From a bacterium (lineage in GTDB: Bacteria > Hydrothermota > UBA3072 > JAPDKE01): 64,000 nucleotides of DNA. Position numbers and translations under genes: made by a program. Location of the stretch: positions 10,881 through 74,880 of the forward strand of contig JAPDKE010000022.1 in assembly GCA_029258725.1 (NCBI GenBank), written 5' to 3'. This document shows positions 56,208-64,000 of the stretch, in pieces. Under the pieces are notes generated by a model. It was not told the DNA's origin. It ran no database searches and was given only the letters and a program-made list of their open reading frames with translations. Each line of letters begins with the position of its first letter. Positions within the stretch are counted from its first letter, which is position 1.

Positions 56208-57208
56208 GGGTTACCGTTCCAGAGCGTTCACCAGGGGAGAAGGAATTTGAGGAAAGGTTAAGACCATTATCCTTTGACGAATTCATAGGCCAGGACAGGA
56301 TAAAGGAAAATTTAAGGGTGTTTGTTGAGGCCGCAAAGAAAAGAAAGGAGCCCCTGGACCACATTCTCTTCTTTGGTCCTCCCGGTCTTGGAAAGACAAC
56401 CCTTGCATACATAATAGCAAAAGAACTCGGGGTTGATATAGTATGTGTTTCAGGACCCGTTCTTGAAAAACCGCGCGACCTTGCCGGAATCCTGACAAAT
56501 CTGAAGGAGGGGGATGTTTTATTCATAGATGAGATACACCGGATGCACAGGAGTGTTGAGGAGTATCTTTATCCCGCAATAGAAGAGTTTGTAATAGACA
56601 TAGTTCTTGATTCAGGTCCCCATGCCAGGTCCATCCGAATAAATCTCAATCGTTTTACCCTGATTGGAGCCACGACCAGGACAGGTCTTTTAACAGGGGC
56701 ACTCCGCTCAAGGTTCGGATACATTGCAAGGCTTGAGTATTATCCTCCTCCTGATCTAAAAAGGATTGTCATGCGTTCCTCCAGGATTCTCGGAATAAAA
56801 ATAGACGAGAAGAGTGCGGAGGAGATAGCAAGAAGGTCAAGGGGAACTCCCAGGATAGCAAACAGACTCCTCCGGAGAATAAGGGACTATGCAGAGGTTA
56901 AGGGGAAGGGGGTTATAGACCTGGAGATAACCCGGTATGCATTGAAGATGCTGGATGTTGACGAGAGGGGGCTTGACCTGATGGACAGGCTCATCTTAAA
57001 GACCATAATAGAGAAGTTCAATGGAGGACCTGTGGGGCTCTCAACCCTTGCACTTGCGGTTGGTGAAAAGGAAGAAACCATAGAAGAGGTCTTTGAACCC
57101 TTCCTTATTCTTGAGGGATTTATCCAGCGGACACCGAGGGGAAGGAAGGCAACGGAACTTGCATACCAGCACTTTGGATATAAAAAGAAAACCCTATTTG
57201 AGATATGA
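56204..57208 (+). CDS. ruvB: Holliday junction DNA helicase RuvB
   Basis: 334 aa with Walker [12 protein letters not shown], Walker B DEIHR and the RuvB winged-helix C-terminus. Confidence 0.9.
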   Translation: MRVTVPERSPGEKEFEERLRPLSFDEFIGQDRIKENLRVFVEAAKKRKEPLDHILFFGPPGLGKTTLAYIIAKELGVDIVCVSGPVLEKPRDLAGILTNLKEGDVLFIDEIHRMHRSVEEYLYPAIEEFVIDIVLDSGPHARSIRINLNRFTLIGATTRTGLLTGALRSRFGYIARLEYYPPPDLKRIVMRSSRILGIKIDEKSAEEIARRSRGTPRIANRLLRRIRDYAEVKGKGVIDLEITRYALKMLDVDERGLDLMDRLILKTIIEKFNGGPVGLSTLALAVGEKEETIEEVFEPFLILEGFIQRTPRGRKATELAYQHFGYKKKTLFEI

Positions 57209-58116
57209 TTTCGGTTATAATTCCGGTTTACAATGAGGAAGAATCCCTTGAGGAACTCCATGAGCGTCTTTCAGGGGTGATAAAGGATGGAGAATTCATA
57301 TTTGTGGACGATGGCTCAACCGACCGAACACCTGAAATTCTCAAAAAATTAAAGGAAAAGGACCCCAGGGTTAAGGTATTCACCTTCACAAGAAACTTCG
57401 GGCAGACCCAGGCGCTCATGTGTGGATTTGAGCATGCGAAGGGGGATATCATCGTAACCCTTGATGCGGACCTCCAGAATCCCCCTGAGGAGATTCCAAA
57501 ACTCGTAGAAAAACTCAACGAGGGATACGATGTTGTGAGTGGGTGGAGAAAAAATAGAAAGGATGGATTTCTGAGAACCCTTGCCTCGGAAATCGCAAAC
57601 CGGATAATCTCAAAAATCTCAGGAATACCTCTTCATGACTTTGGATGCACCCTAAAGGCTTACCGGAAAGAAATTGTCAAAAGTTTGAAACTTTACGGGG
57701 AGATGCACCGGTTCACTCCGGTTGTTGCAGGGTGGATGGGGGCAAGGATTGCAGAGGTTGAGGTGGGGCATGAGAAAAGAAAGTATGGGGTTTCAAAATA
57801 CGGGCTTTCAAGGATATGGAAGGTTCTGCTTGACCTCTTTGTTCTTGCATATTTCAATTCCCCCAGAAGAACACCCATTCACATATTTGGAACATGGGGA
57901 ATTCTGTCCATTGTGGGGAGCCTTATTTCAGGGATTGCAACCCTGTGGATGAAGATAGGTAAGGGAATAGACATGACGGGAAACCCCCTCCTTTATCTTA
58001 CAATCCTGCTTGCAGTTCTCGGTGTCCAGTTCATAGGAACAGGATTGCTTGGAGAACTCATGGTGAGGACCTATTACGAGTCAACGGGAAAGAAAACCTA
58101 TCGTCTTAAAGAATGA
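57205..58116 (+). CDS. GT2 family glycosyltransferase (polyprenyl-phosphate sugar transferase, DPM1/ArnC-like) with C-terminal TM helices
   Basis: [19 protein letters not shown] and TLDADLQ (DXD) are GT-A motifs, followed by two C-terminal TM helices. Confidence 0.8.
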   Translation: MISVIIPVYNEEESLEELHERLSGVIKDGEFIFVDDGSTDRTPEILKKLKEKDPRVKVFTFTRNFGQTQALMCGFEHAKGDIIVTLDADLQNPPEEIPKLVEKLNEGYDVVSGWRKNRKDGFLRTLASEIANRIISKISGIPLHDFGCTLKAYRKEIVKSLKLYGEMHRFTPVVAGWMGARIAEVEVGHEKRKYGVSKYGLSRIWKVLLDLFVLAYFNSPRRTPIHIFGTWGILSIVGSLISGIATLWMKIGKGIDMTGNPLLYLTILLAVLGVQFIGTGLLGELMVRTYYESTGKKTYRLKE

Positions 58117-59171
58117 AAATATTGCTCATTGCACCAACCCCATTTTTTTCCGACAGGGGATGCCATGTGAGAATTTATGAGATTGCAAGGGGATTTGAGG
58201 AACTCGGGCACAGGGTCCTTATCTTAACCTACGGGACCGGAAGGAATGTGGGATTGAGGGTGAAAAGGGTTCCGGTGAGGGTTGAGAACATACCCGGTCC
58301 ATCCTTAAAAAGGTTGATTGCCGACTTTTTGATGATATTCTATGCCCCATGGATTTCATTCCGGTGGAGACCGGATTTAGTATTTTCCTTCCTTCACGAG
58401 GGAATTATTCCTGGAAAACTTGCATCCTTTATTTCAGGGAAAAAACTCCTTTCTGACCTTCAGGGAAGCCTCCCTGGGGAACTTTCCCAGTATGGGGTAA
58501 AATTCTGCGGGTTTTTCAGGTGGGTGGAAAAAATCCTCTTGCTCATGCCGGATGTTGTTACCGTGAATACGCGCTATCTTGCAGAAAAACTGGGGATAAA
58601 AAAATACGCGCTTTTGCCTGACTTCCTCCCATCCATTGAGCCTGTTGAGGTAAAAAAAGAAAAAAACAGGGGAGTTTATGTGGGTGTTCTTGGTCCACAT
58701 CAGGGAACAGAACTCATGCTTGAGGCACTTTCAAGGGTGAAGAGGGAATTCAGGGTGGATATTATTGGATATCCCGGGGAGGAAAAATACAGAAGGATGG
58801 CTCAAAGGATGGGTCTTGGAGAAAAGGTGAGTTTTCTGGGAAGGGTGGAGTATCACCGCCTCCCCTTTTATCTCTCCCGTGCATCATTTGCTCTTGCACC
58901 AAAGGTTTCAGAGAGTGAGGGAAATGGAAAAATGCTCCTTTATGCAAAGTTTCGCCTTCCCATAATTGCATGGGATACTCCGGTGAACAGGGAAATCCTT
59001 GAAGATGGCTTCATCCCGGTTCCCCCTGGAGATATAGAGGCTTTTTCCCGTGCGGTTGAAAAGGCGGTGGATGGGGAATTTAAGAATTATGGAGACCGCG
59101 CATTCAAAAACGCAAAAAACTTCCTTGCCTGTTTTTATCTCAATGAATTACTGAAGGGTTTTCCTATCTGA
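58113..59171 (+). CDS. GT4 family (group 1) glycosyltransferase
   Basis: 352 aa with a GT-B fold and the E-X7-E-like motif (SESEGNGKMLLYAKFRLPIIAWD). Confidence 0.7.
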   Translation: MKILLIAPTPFFSDRGCHVRIYEIARGFEELGHRVLILTYGTGRNVGLRVKRVPVRVENIPGPSLKRLIADFLMIFYAPWISFRWRPDLVFSFLHEGIIPGKLASFISGKKLLSDLQGSLPGELSQYGVKFCGFFRWVEKILLLMPDVVTVNTRYLAEKLGIKKYALLPDFLPSIEPVEVKKEKNRGVYVGVLGPHQGTELMLEALSRVKREFRVDIIGYPGEEKYRRMAQRMGLGEKVSFLGRVEYHRLPFYLSRASFALAPKVSESEGNGKMLLYAKFRLPIIAWDTPVNREILEDGFIPVPPGDIEAFSRAVEKAVDGEFKNYGDRAFKNAKNFLACFYLNELLKGFPI

Positions 59172-61665
59172 GCCTGCACACCTTTATACATTTTTTCATG
59201 TTCTCTGTCTCAAGATATATGAAATAAATTCCGGAAGGAAGTTCCCGTCCCTTTTCATCTTCTCCCTTCCAGATAATTTCACCCTCCGGGTTCCCGCTGA
59301 ATGTCTTTACCCTTCTTCCACAAATATCATATATGCATATCTTTACCTCTCTCACGTTACCCGAGGAATAACGGATGAAAAGATAATCAGTGAAAATGGA
59401 AGGAAAAGCCCTGAGTGTAAGAGGACTTTCTTTTCTCTCCATCCCGGCAAACGGTGAAATAATGCCTCTTATTCTCATTGAATTTACCGGATTGCTGTTT
59501 ATGCTTTCTGTCCATCCAGCATACACCACGACCATTTCTCCTCCGCTTCCGGAGGCACAGACAGGTGATATCTGTGTTCCGGTGTCCACTGCTATGGTGA
59601 ACATCTGTAAAAGGGAGCCATCTGAAGAAACCGTTGCACCCCGAATATCGCATGTATCTATTACAGAATCCCTCCATACGAGAAAGTATTCGGTCCCGTT
59701 GAAAATAATCCATGGGTCACGCTGTGGACCTGGCTCCTCAATAATGGGGATGGGAAGAATGTCCAGGACCTCTCCATCGGGTGTTACTCTTGCTCCTGCG
59801 ATATCAATCTCGCCGTCTGTCTCCTCCTCCCATACAACCAGATAATTTGTTCCATCAAATGCAACGGAGGGGTCGTATTCAAATAAGGGAAGCATGGGAT
59901 AGGTTATGGCAATACGCACGGTATCTATCAGTTCACCTCCAGGAGTAACCCTTGCTCCGTAAACATCCCCATACCCTGTGCTCCAGTCCTCCCATACAAC
60001 CAGGTAATTTGTTCCATCAAATGCGAGAGCAGGGTTTATCTGTGCTCCTGATAATATTGAAACTGGAATCCCTGGAGAGTCAAGAACCTCTCCCTGAGGA
60101 GAGACTCTGGTGCCGTAAATATCGGATGTATCATTTCTTGAATCCTCCCATACGACAAGATAATTTGTGCCGTCAAATGCCACAGCAGGGTTTTTCTGAT
60201 TACCCGACACCGCACATATGGGGATTCCCGAGGTATCCAGCAGTTCTCCATCATAACTAACCCTTGCCCCGTATATATCCGCATCTCCATTCCTCCAGTC
60301 CTCCCATACAATCAGATAGTCTGCTCCATCCGAACCCACCGAAGGATGGCATTGTTCGGCATCAGCGGAGGACACGAGTACAGGTTGAGAATCAAGCAGA
60401 ATTCCACCGGAGGAAAATCTTGAGGCATAGATGTGATGAAAGAGAAGGCTGTCGCGGTTATCCTCCCATACAACCATGTAGTTCGTCCCATTGAAAGAAA
60501 TGGAAGGAGAGGACTGGGAAAATGAAATTAAAGGTATTACCCGTGCAGTTTCCGAAACCTCTCCCTGAGGACTTATGAAGGTAGAGTATATATCGCTGTA
60601 ATTATCCCATGCCACAATAAATTTTTCTCCATTAAAAAGCACGCAGGGTGTGAATTCTATATCGGGGGAACGAGAGATAGGAATGTAATGGGTATCAATA
60701 ATTTCTCCATCCGGATTAAGTCTCCTCCCGAAAATATCAAGTGATTCACGAAAGACCACGAAAAAGCAGTTGCTGTCAGAGCAGATGGAAGGGGAGAAGG
60801 CGATTGAGTTTGTAATGGAAATTGAGGGGGTATCAAGGACTTCAAGGGAAGGAGTAAATCTCAGTCCCTCAAGAGTAAAGGAATCCCAGTCCTCCCATAC
60901 AACCATGTAGTTCGTTCCATCAAATGTGAGGGAAAGGTTTTCCTGGAAGCCGGGGGCAGTGTAAACTGGAACTCCAGAGGTATCAATGACTTCTCCTGCA
61001 GGGGTTACTCTTGCTCCGTATATATCGGTATTTCCATTCCTCCCATCTTCCCATACCACCATGTAACTGGTTCCATCAAATGCCATAACCGGGGCATTTT
61101 GCTCTCCCTGTGCAGGGGAGACAGGAATACCTGATAAATCCAGAACCTCTCCTCCTGGAGTAACTCTCGCCCCGTATATATCGGATGTGTCGTTTCTCCA
61201 GTCCTCCCATACAACAAGATAATTTGTGCCATCAAAGGCAATGGTGGGGTTTAACTGATTTCCGGAGGCAGTGGAAATGGGGAAACCGGTACTATCAAGA
61301 ACCGTCCCTTCAACGGTTATCCGTGCACCGTAAATATCCGCAGTATCATTCCTCCAGTCCTCCCACACAACAAGATAGTTGGTTCCATCAAATGCAACTG
61401 CAGGGTTTTTCTGGTCTCCAGATGCAGTGCATACCGGTATTCCTCCTCCTTTATCCAGTATATTTCCGGAATTATCCATCCTTGCCCCATAAATATCACA
61501 TTCTCCATTTCGTCTATCCTCCCATACAAAAAGAAAATTCACTCCATCCCATCCAATCACTCCCTGATACTGTTCTCCCGGACAGGGATAATATCTCACC
61601 GTGGTGTCCGGAAGGAAGGGAGTGGAGTTTATATCCTGCTGAAAAAGTAAAAAGAAAAACAGCAT
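59164..61665 (-). CDS. Secreted protein built from ~14 tandem 48-residue repeats (predicted double beta-propeller) with T9SS-type C-terminal sorting domain
   Basis: 833 aa. The repeat unit is DIYGARVTP.GEVLD.SGIPVS...G.Q.NPAVAFDGTNYLVVWEDWRN. The C-terminus is a CTD (..SGIYFIYLETENMKKCIKVCRLR). A hydrophobic N-terminus is present. Confidence 0.6.
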   Translation of the reverse strand: MLFFFLLFQQDINSTPFLPDTTVRYYPCPGEQYQGVIGWDGVNFLFVWEDRRNGECDIYGARMDNSGNILDKGGGIPVCTASGDQKNPAVAFDGTNYLVVWEDWRNDTADIYGARITVEGTVLDSTGFPISTASGNQLNPTIAFDGTNYLVVWEDWRNDTSDIYGARVTPGGEVLDLSGIPVSPAQGEQNAPVMAFDGTSYMVVWEDGRNGNTDIYGARVTPAGEVIDTSGVPVYTAPGFQENLSLTFDGTNYMVVWEDWDSFTLEGLRFTPSLEVLDTPSISITNSIAFSPSICSDSNCFFVVFRESLDIFGRRLNPDGEIIDTHYIPISRSPDIEFTPCVLFNGEKFIVAWDNYSDIYSTFISPQGEVSETARVIPLISFSQSSPSISFNGTNYMVVWEDNRDSLLFHHIYASRFSSGGILLDSQPVLVSSADAEQCHPSVGSDGADYLIVWEDWRNGDADIYGARVSYDGELLDTSGIPICAVSGNQKNPAVAFDGTNYLVVWEDSRNDTSDIYGTRVSPQGEVLDSPGIPVSILSGAQINPALAFDGTNYLVVWEDWSTGYGDVYGARVTPGGELIDTVRIAITYPMLPLFEYDPSVAFDGTNYLVVWEEETDGEIDIAGARVTPDGEVLDILPIPIIEEPGPQRDPWIIFNGTEYFLVWRDSVIDTCDIRGATVSSDGSLLQMFTIAVDTGTQISPVCASGSGGEMVVVYAGWTESINSNPVNSMRIRGIISPFAGMERKESPLTLRAFPSIFTDYLFIRYSSGNVREVKICIYDICGRRVKTFSGNPEGEIIWKGEDEKGRELPSGIYFIYLETENMKKCIKVCRLR
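59800..61560. repeat. Intragenic ~144-bp tandem DNA repeats encoding the 48-aa protein repeats
   Basis: The string ccagtcctcccatacaac.ag.taatttgt.ccatcaaatgc recurs (with variation) about every 144-160 bp (seen at ~59820, 59985, 60145, 60300, 60888, 61040, 61200, 61355). Confidence 0.6.
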
Positions 61666-61686
61666 GACATAACCTCCTTGGAAAAG

Positions 61687-61706
61687 GGAGGGGGAAATCC
61701 CCCTCC
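61687..61706 (-). terminator. Hairpin (GGAGGGGG-AAAT-CCCCCTCC) between two CTD-protein genes; possible terminator or attenuator
   Basis: Perfect 8-bp GC-rich stem immediately downstream of the 61716 stop, followed on the minus strand by CTTTTCC and then the AAGGAGG RBS of the next gene. Confidence 0.35.
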
Positions 61707-61715
61707 CCGGGTTGG

Positions 61716-64000
61716 TTATTTAAGAATCATAAACCTGCCCTTCGCCTCCTTTTCTCCCGCCCTTATTCTGTAGAAGTACACACCGGGCTTTCCGCTCCAG
61801 GTATAACGATAAACACCAGCACTCCTGTAACCTGAGTGGTTCTCAACCATTCTACCCACCACATCGTAAATTTCTATCTTTACCCTGGAATCGTGAGGCA
61901 CAGCATACTCTATCACTGCATTACCGCCCATACTTCTCAACGCTCTGGCATAGAAGGAAATTTTCGGCTCCGTGGTTCCAGAGGCAAGTGGTCCACCGGA
62001 CCTTACAGACCTCCTCTCCTCCGCATAAAGAGCAATAGACGCAACTGATGCATAATCCCCTGTGTATCTTTCTATGGTAACCACTATCTTACCGTCATCC
62101 CGATAGTATGGGAAAGGTATTTTTATACTCAGGGTTTCCGGAATCCCTGCCTTTACCCTAAGCATTCTTCCTTTCTTTCCGTCTATTTTAACCTTCTCCT
62201 TCCATATTCCCGAGGACTCATGATATCCCACTATCTGAAGTGTATAATCGTAAAGAGTATCCAGGAAGGGAATCTCGTACATGAGTTCTTCAGTATCATA
62301 ATCAACAGAGATACCAGAAGGATATACCAGATATCCGTCTCTTTCAATCACATAGGGAGATGGTATGGAATCTCCAATCTTCACTGCAATGAATGGAATT
62401 TCAGCCACAGATATCCATGTATTTGTCAATATCTCACATCCATGAGTTTTCCCATAAACCAGATGCACCTCTCCATCATGATATTGTGCCTGAGGACCAT
62501 ATCCTTTATCTGTAAAGATAACATTCCCGGTGGTGTCCGTAAGATAAACCTTTCCATCCATCTCAAACAGGAGATATGCTCCTTCAACCATCCTGGGATG
62601 ATGAGGGTCACCATCAACTTCCATGTAGGAAGGATAGGTATATGCCCATCTTATCTCCGGAGGAAGAGCAAGCCATCCTTCCTGCCATGCGATTCTTTTC
62701 TTTCCGGTTACTGTATTTTCCTCTATCCATACGCAGTAGAGTTTATCCCCTTTGTAAGAGAGAGAAGGTTCGTATGCAGGGAAGGCGAGCATGTTTATCT
62801 TCCATGGCTGTGTCCAGTTTCCTGTAAGGTCTCTTGTGCTGTAATACACATCTTCCTTATCACCCCATACCACATGGATTCCATAGTAACCCACAAGAGA
62901 AGGAGGATACCAGGGCATACTCACCAGGCTATCAACAACCTCCCATTCAGTGGGCGAATTCCAGTCTCCACGGAGATATTCTCTATAAAGTATGCTTCCC
63001 TCACCGAAGGAATTGAGAAGCATTGCGAGGCATATATTGCCATTGCTATTAAGTGCAAGGGAGGGAGCAATAGGCATGGGGTATGGGTCAGGCTGAGTGG
63101 GGTCCACATAGTCTTCCAGCAAAACATAATTCCACTCTTCAGGAAGTGAAGGCTCGGAAGTTTCCAGCAAAGACCACCATTCCATGCTATCCGCACCCCA
63201 GAGTTTATAACCCGTATTACCCGCTGTCCAGTAATGAGCAAGAACGTTTGGGAACAACAACTTCGCCCAAACGTACAGGGATGGATACCTCATATGTCCT
63301 ATCCTCACCGGCCTTGACCATGTATGTCCATCAAAACTTGCTATACCCTTCGTTTGTCCACCATCGGAATACACATACACCCACTTGTTATATGCAAGGG
63401 CAAGTTTGTTCTGAGAGGAGAAATTCAGGTCTTCAGTGGAAGTGAGAAGACCAAGAGGATATCTTATTTCTATGGAGATAGGTGTGCTTTCATATCCGTA
63501 AACATCGTAGGAGGTCACAAAGTAGGTATCAATGTCTCCAGGAATAAAGTCAGGGAGGGTATCACAGAATACGCTGTCGTGAACATCGCCCACCAGAGCA
63601 GTATTTCTATAAATCCGATATCCGGAGAAGTCTATCTCTTTGTTCATCAGCCATTCAAAGTGAATAAGCAGGGTATCGCCTATTCTTCCAAAGGTATAAG
63701 TTACACCGCGAGGAGAAGCAGGAGGCTTAAAGTCATCCCATACAAGGTAGGTGGAAGAACCTATATTTCCAGGGTCGGAATACTGGGGGGTTTCCAATCC
63801 CCAGTAGCGATACCAGGAGTCATGTGTTTCCACCCACTGGAATGCCTCCCACATGGAGGTATGTCTGTTACCATCAAGGTCGGAGGGAACCGGGGGAGGA
63901 TTATCATAAGGCCATATCTCGGTCTGTCTTACTGCATTCATCACATGGAAGTTAAACTCACCATGGTGGCAGGTATCGCCAGGTTGCCATTCTTCGTTTT
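61716..64000 (-). CDS. Secreted FN3-domain-containing protein with T9SS-type C-terminal sorting domain, partial (N-terminus beyond window end)
   Basis: The track ORF starts at a GTG at 63944, but the reading frame stays open to the window end (..NEEWQPGDTCHHGEFNFHVMNAV..), so the true start lies outside the window. The C-terminus is a CTD (..GVYFYRIRAGEKEAKGRFMILK). An FN3-like segment is present (PPASPRGVTYTF...GYRIYRN). Confidence 0.6.
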   Translation of the reverse strand, partial: NEEWQPGDTCHHGEFNFHVMNAVRQTEIWPYDNPPPVPSDLDGNRHTSMWEAFQWVETHDSWYRYWGLETPQYSDPGNIGSSTYLVWDDFKPPASPRGVTYTFGRIGDTLLIHFEWLMNKEIDFSGYRIYRNTALVGDVHDSVFCDTLPDFIPGDIDTYFVTSYDVYGYESTPISIEIRYPLGLLTSTEDLNFSSQNKLALAYNKWVYVYSDGGQTKGIASFDGHTWSRPVRIGHMRYPSLYVWAKLLFPNVLAHYWTAGNTGYKLWGADSMEWWSLLETSEPSLPEEWNYVLLEDYVDPTQPDPYPMPIAPSLALNSNGNICLAMLLNSFGEGSILYREYLRGDWNSPTEWEVVDSLVSMPWYPPSLVGYYGIHVVWGDKEDVYYSTRDLTGNWTQPWKINMLAFPAYEPSLSYKGDKLYCVWIEENTVTGKKRIAWQEGWLALPPEIRWAYTYPSYMEVDGDPHHPRMVEGAYLLFEMDGKVYLTDTTGNVIFTDKGYGPQAQYHDGEVHLVYGKTHGCEILTNTWISVAEIPFIAVKIGDSIPSPYVIERDGYLVYPSGISVDYDTEELMYEIPFLDTLYDYTLQIVGYHESSGIWKEKVKIDGKKGRMLRVKAGIPETLSIKIPFPYYRDDGKIVVTIERYTGDYASVASIALYAEERRSVRSGGPLASGTTEPKISFYARALRSMGGNAVIEYAVPHDSRVKIEIYDVVGRMVENHSGYRSAGVYRYTWSGKPGVYFYRIRAGEKEAKGRFMILK

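Noticed and set aside
62220-63149. 309-aa plus-strand ORF
   Set aside because: It is antisense to the FN3/CTD protein gene, Cys/His/Ile-rich, and lacks a domain signature.
63944-64000. GTG at 63944 as the start of the last gene
   Set aside because: The frame stays open with no stop up to position 64000, and the N-terminus lacks a signal peptide although the protein has a CTD. The gene therefore most likely continues beyond the window.

Overview
This 64-kb window reads as chromosomal DNA from a thermophile-like bacterium: proteins are rich in Glu/Lys/Arg/Ile/Val, genes are packed tightly, and many adjacent genes overlap by the 4-nt ATGA pattern. I found no transposase, integrase, CRISPR array or rRNA. 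Energy and redox genes dominate the left and centre. On the minus strand a group 3b sulfhydrogenase operon hydB-hydG-hydD-hydA (6478 down to 2578) is translationally coupled to a DUF523 gene. A perfect Rex operator lies over its promoter. The Rex repressor gene is at 44485..45102 and carries a probable autoregulatory site. A DUF362/4Fe-4S ferredoxin protein sits just upstream of hydB. On the plus strand, a four-subunit pyruvate:ferredoxin oxidoreductase operon porGDAB (31363..34326) runs directly into mglB-mglA (MglA is very similar to the Myxococcus gliding GTPase), a GT9 heptosyltransferase and a beta-propeller secreted protein. Housekeeping genes include purE, nadE, rnhA, ogg2, uvrD, yebC-ruvC-ruvA-ruvB, tldD/pmbA and three tRNAs (Val-CAC, Met/Ile2-CAT, Lys-TTT). 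Transporters are an SSS symporter, an MFS transporter, an APC permease fused to a PTS EIIA domain, and a partial MCP with a BMP-type binding protein. The striking accessory content is a set of large secreted proteins ending in a conserved FlgD-Ig/T9SS-type C-terminal sorting domain. Five are clear and one more is ambiguous (a lamin-tail-domain protein with no signal peptide). The five are: a 1162-aa C25 (gingipain-family) cysteine peptidase with three N-terminal CUB-like domains, a two-component-regulator-propeller protein, a 1270-aa subtilisin (S8), a protein built from about 14 tandem 48-residue repeats, and a partial FN3 protein. The most interesting single observation: the C25 peptidase has no N-terminal propeptide of its own, but a separate 197-aa gene with a strong RBS just downstream resembles the C25 propeptide domain. 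All protein assignments come from reading motifs in the translations by eye; no database search was possible.
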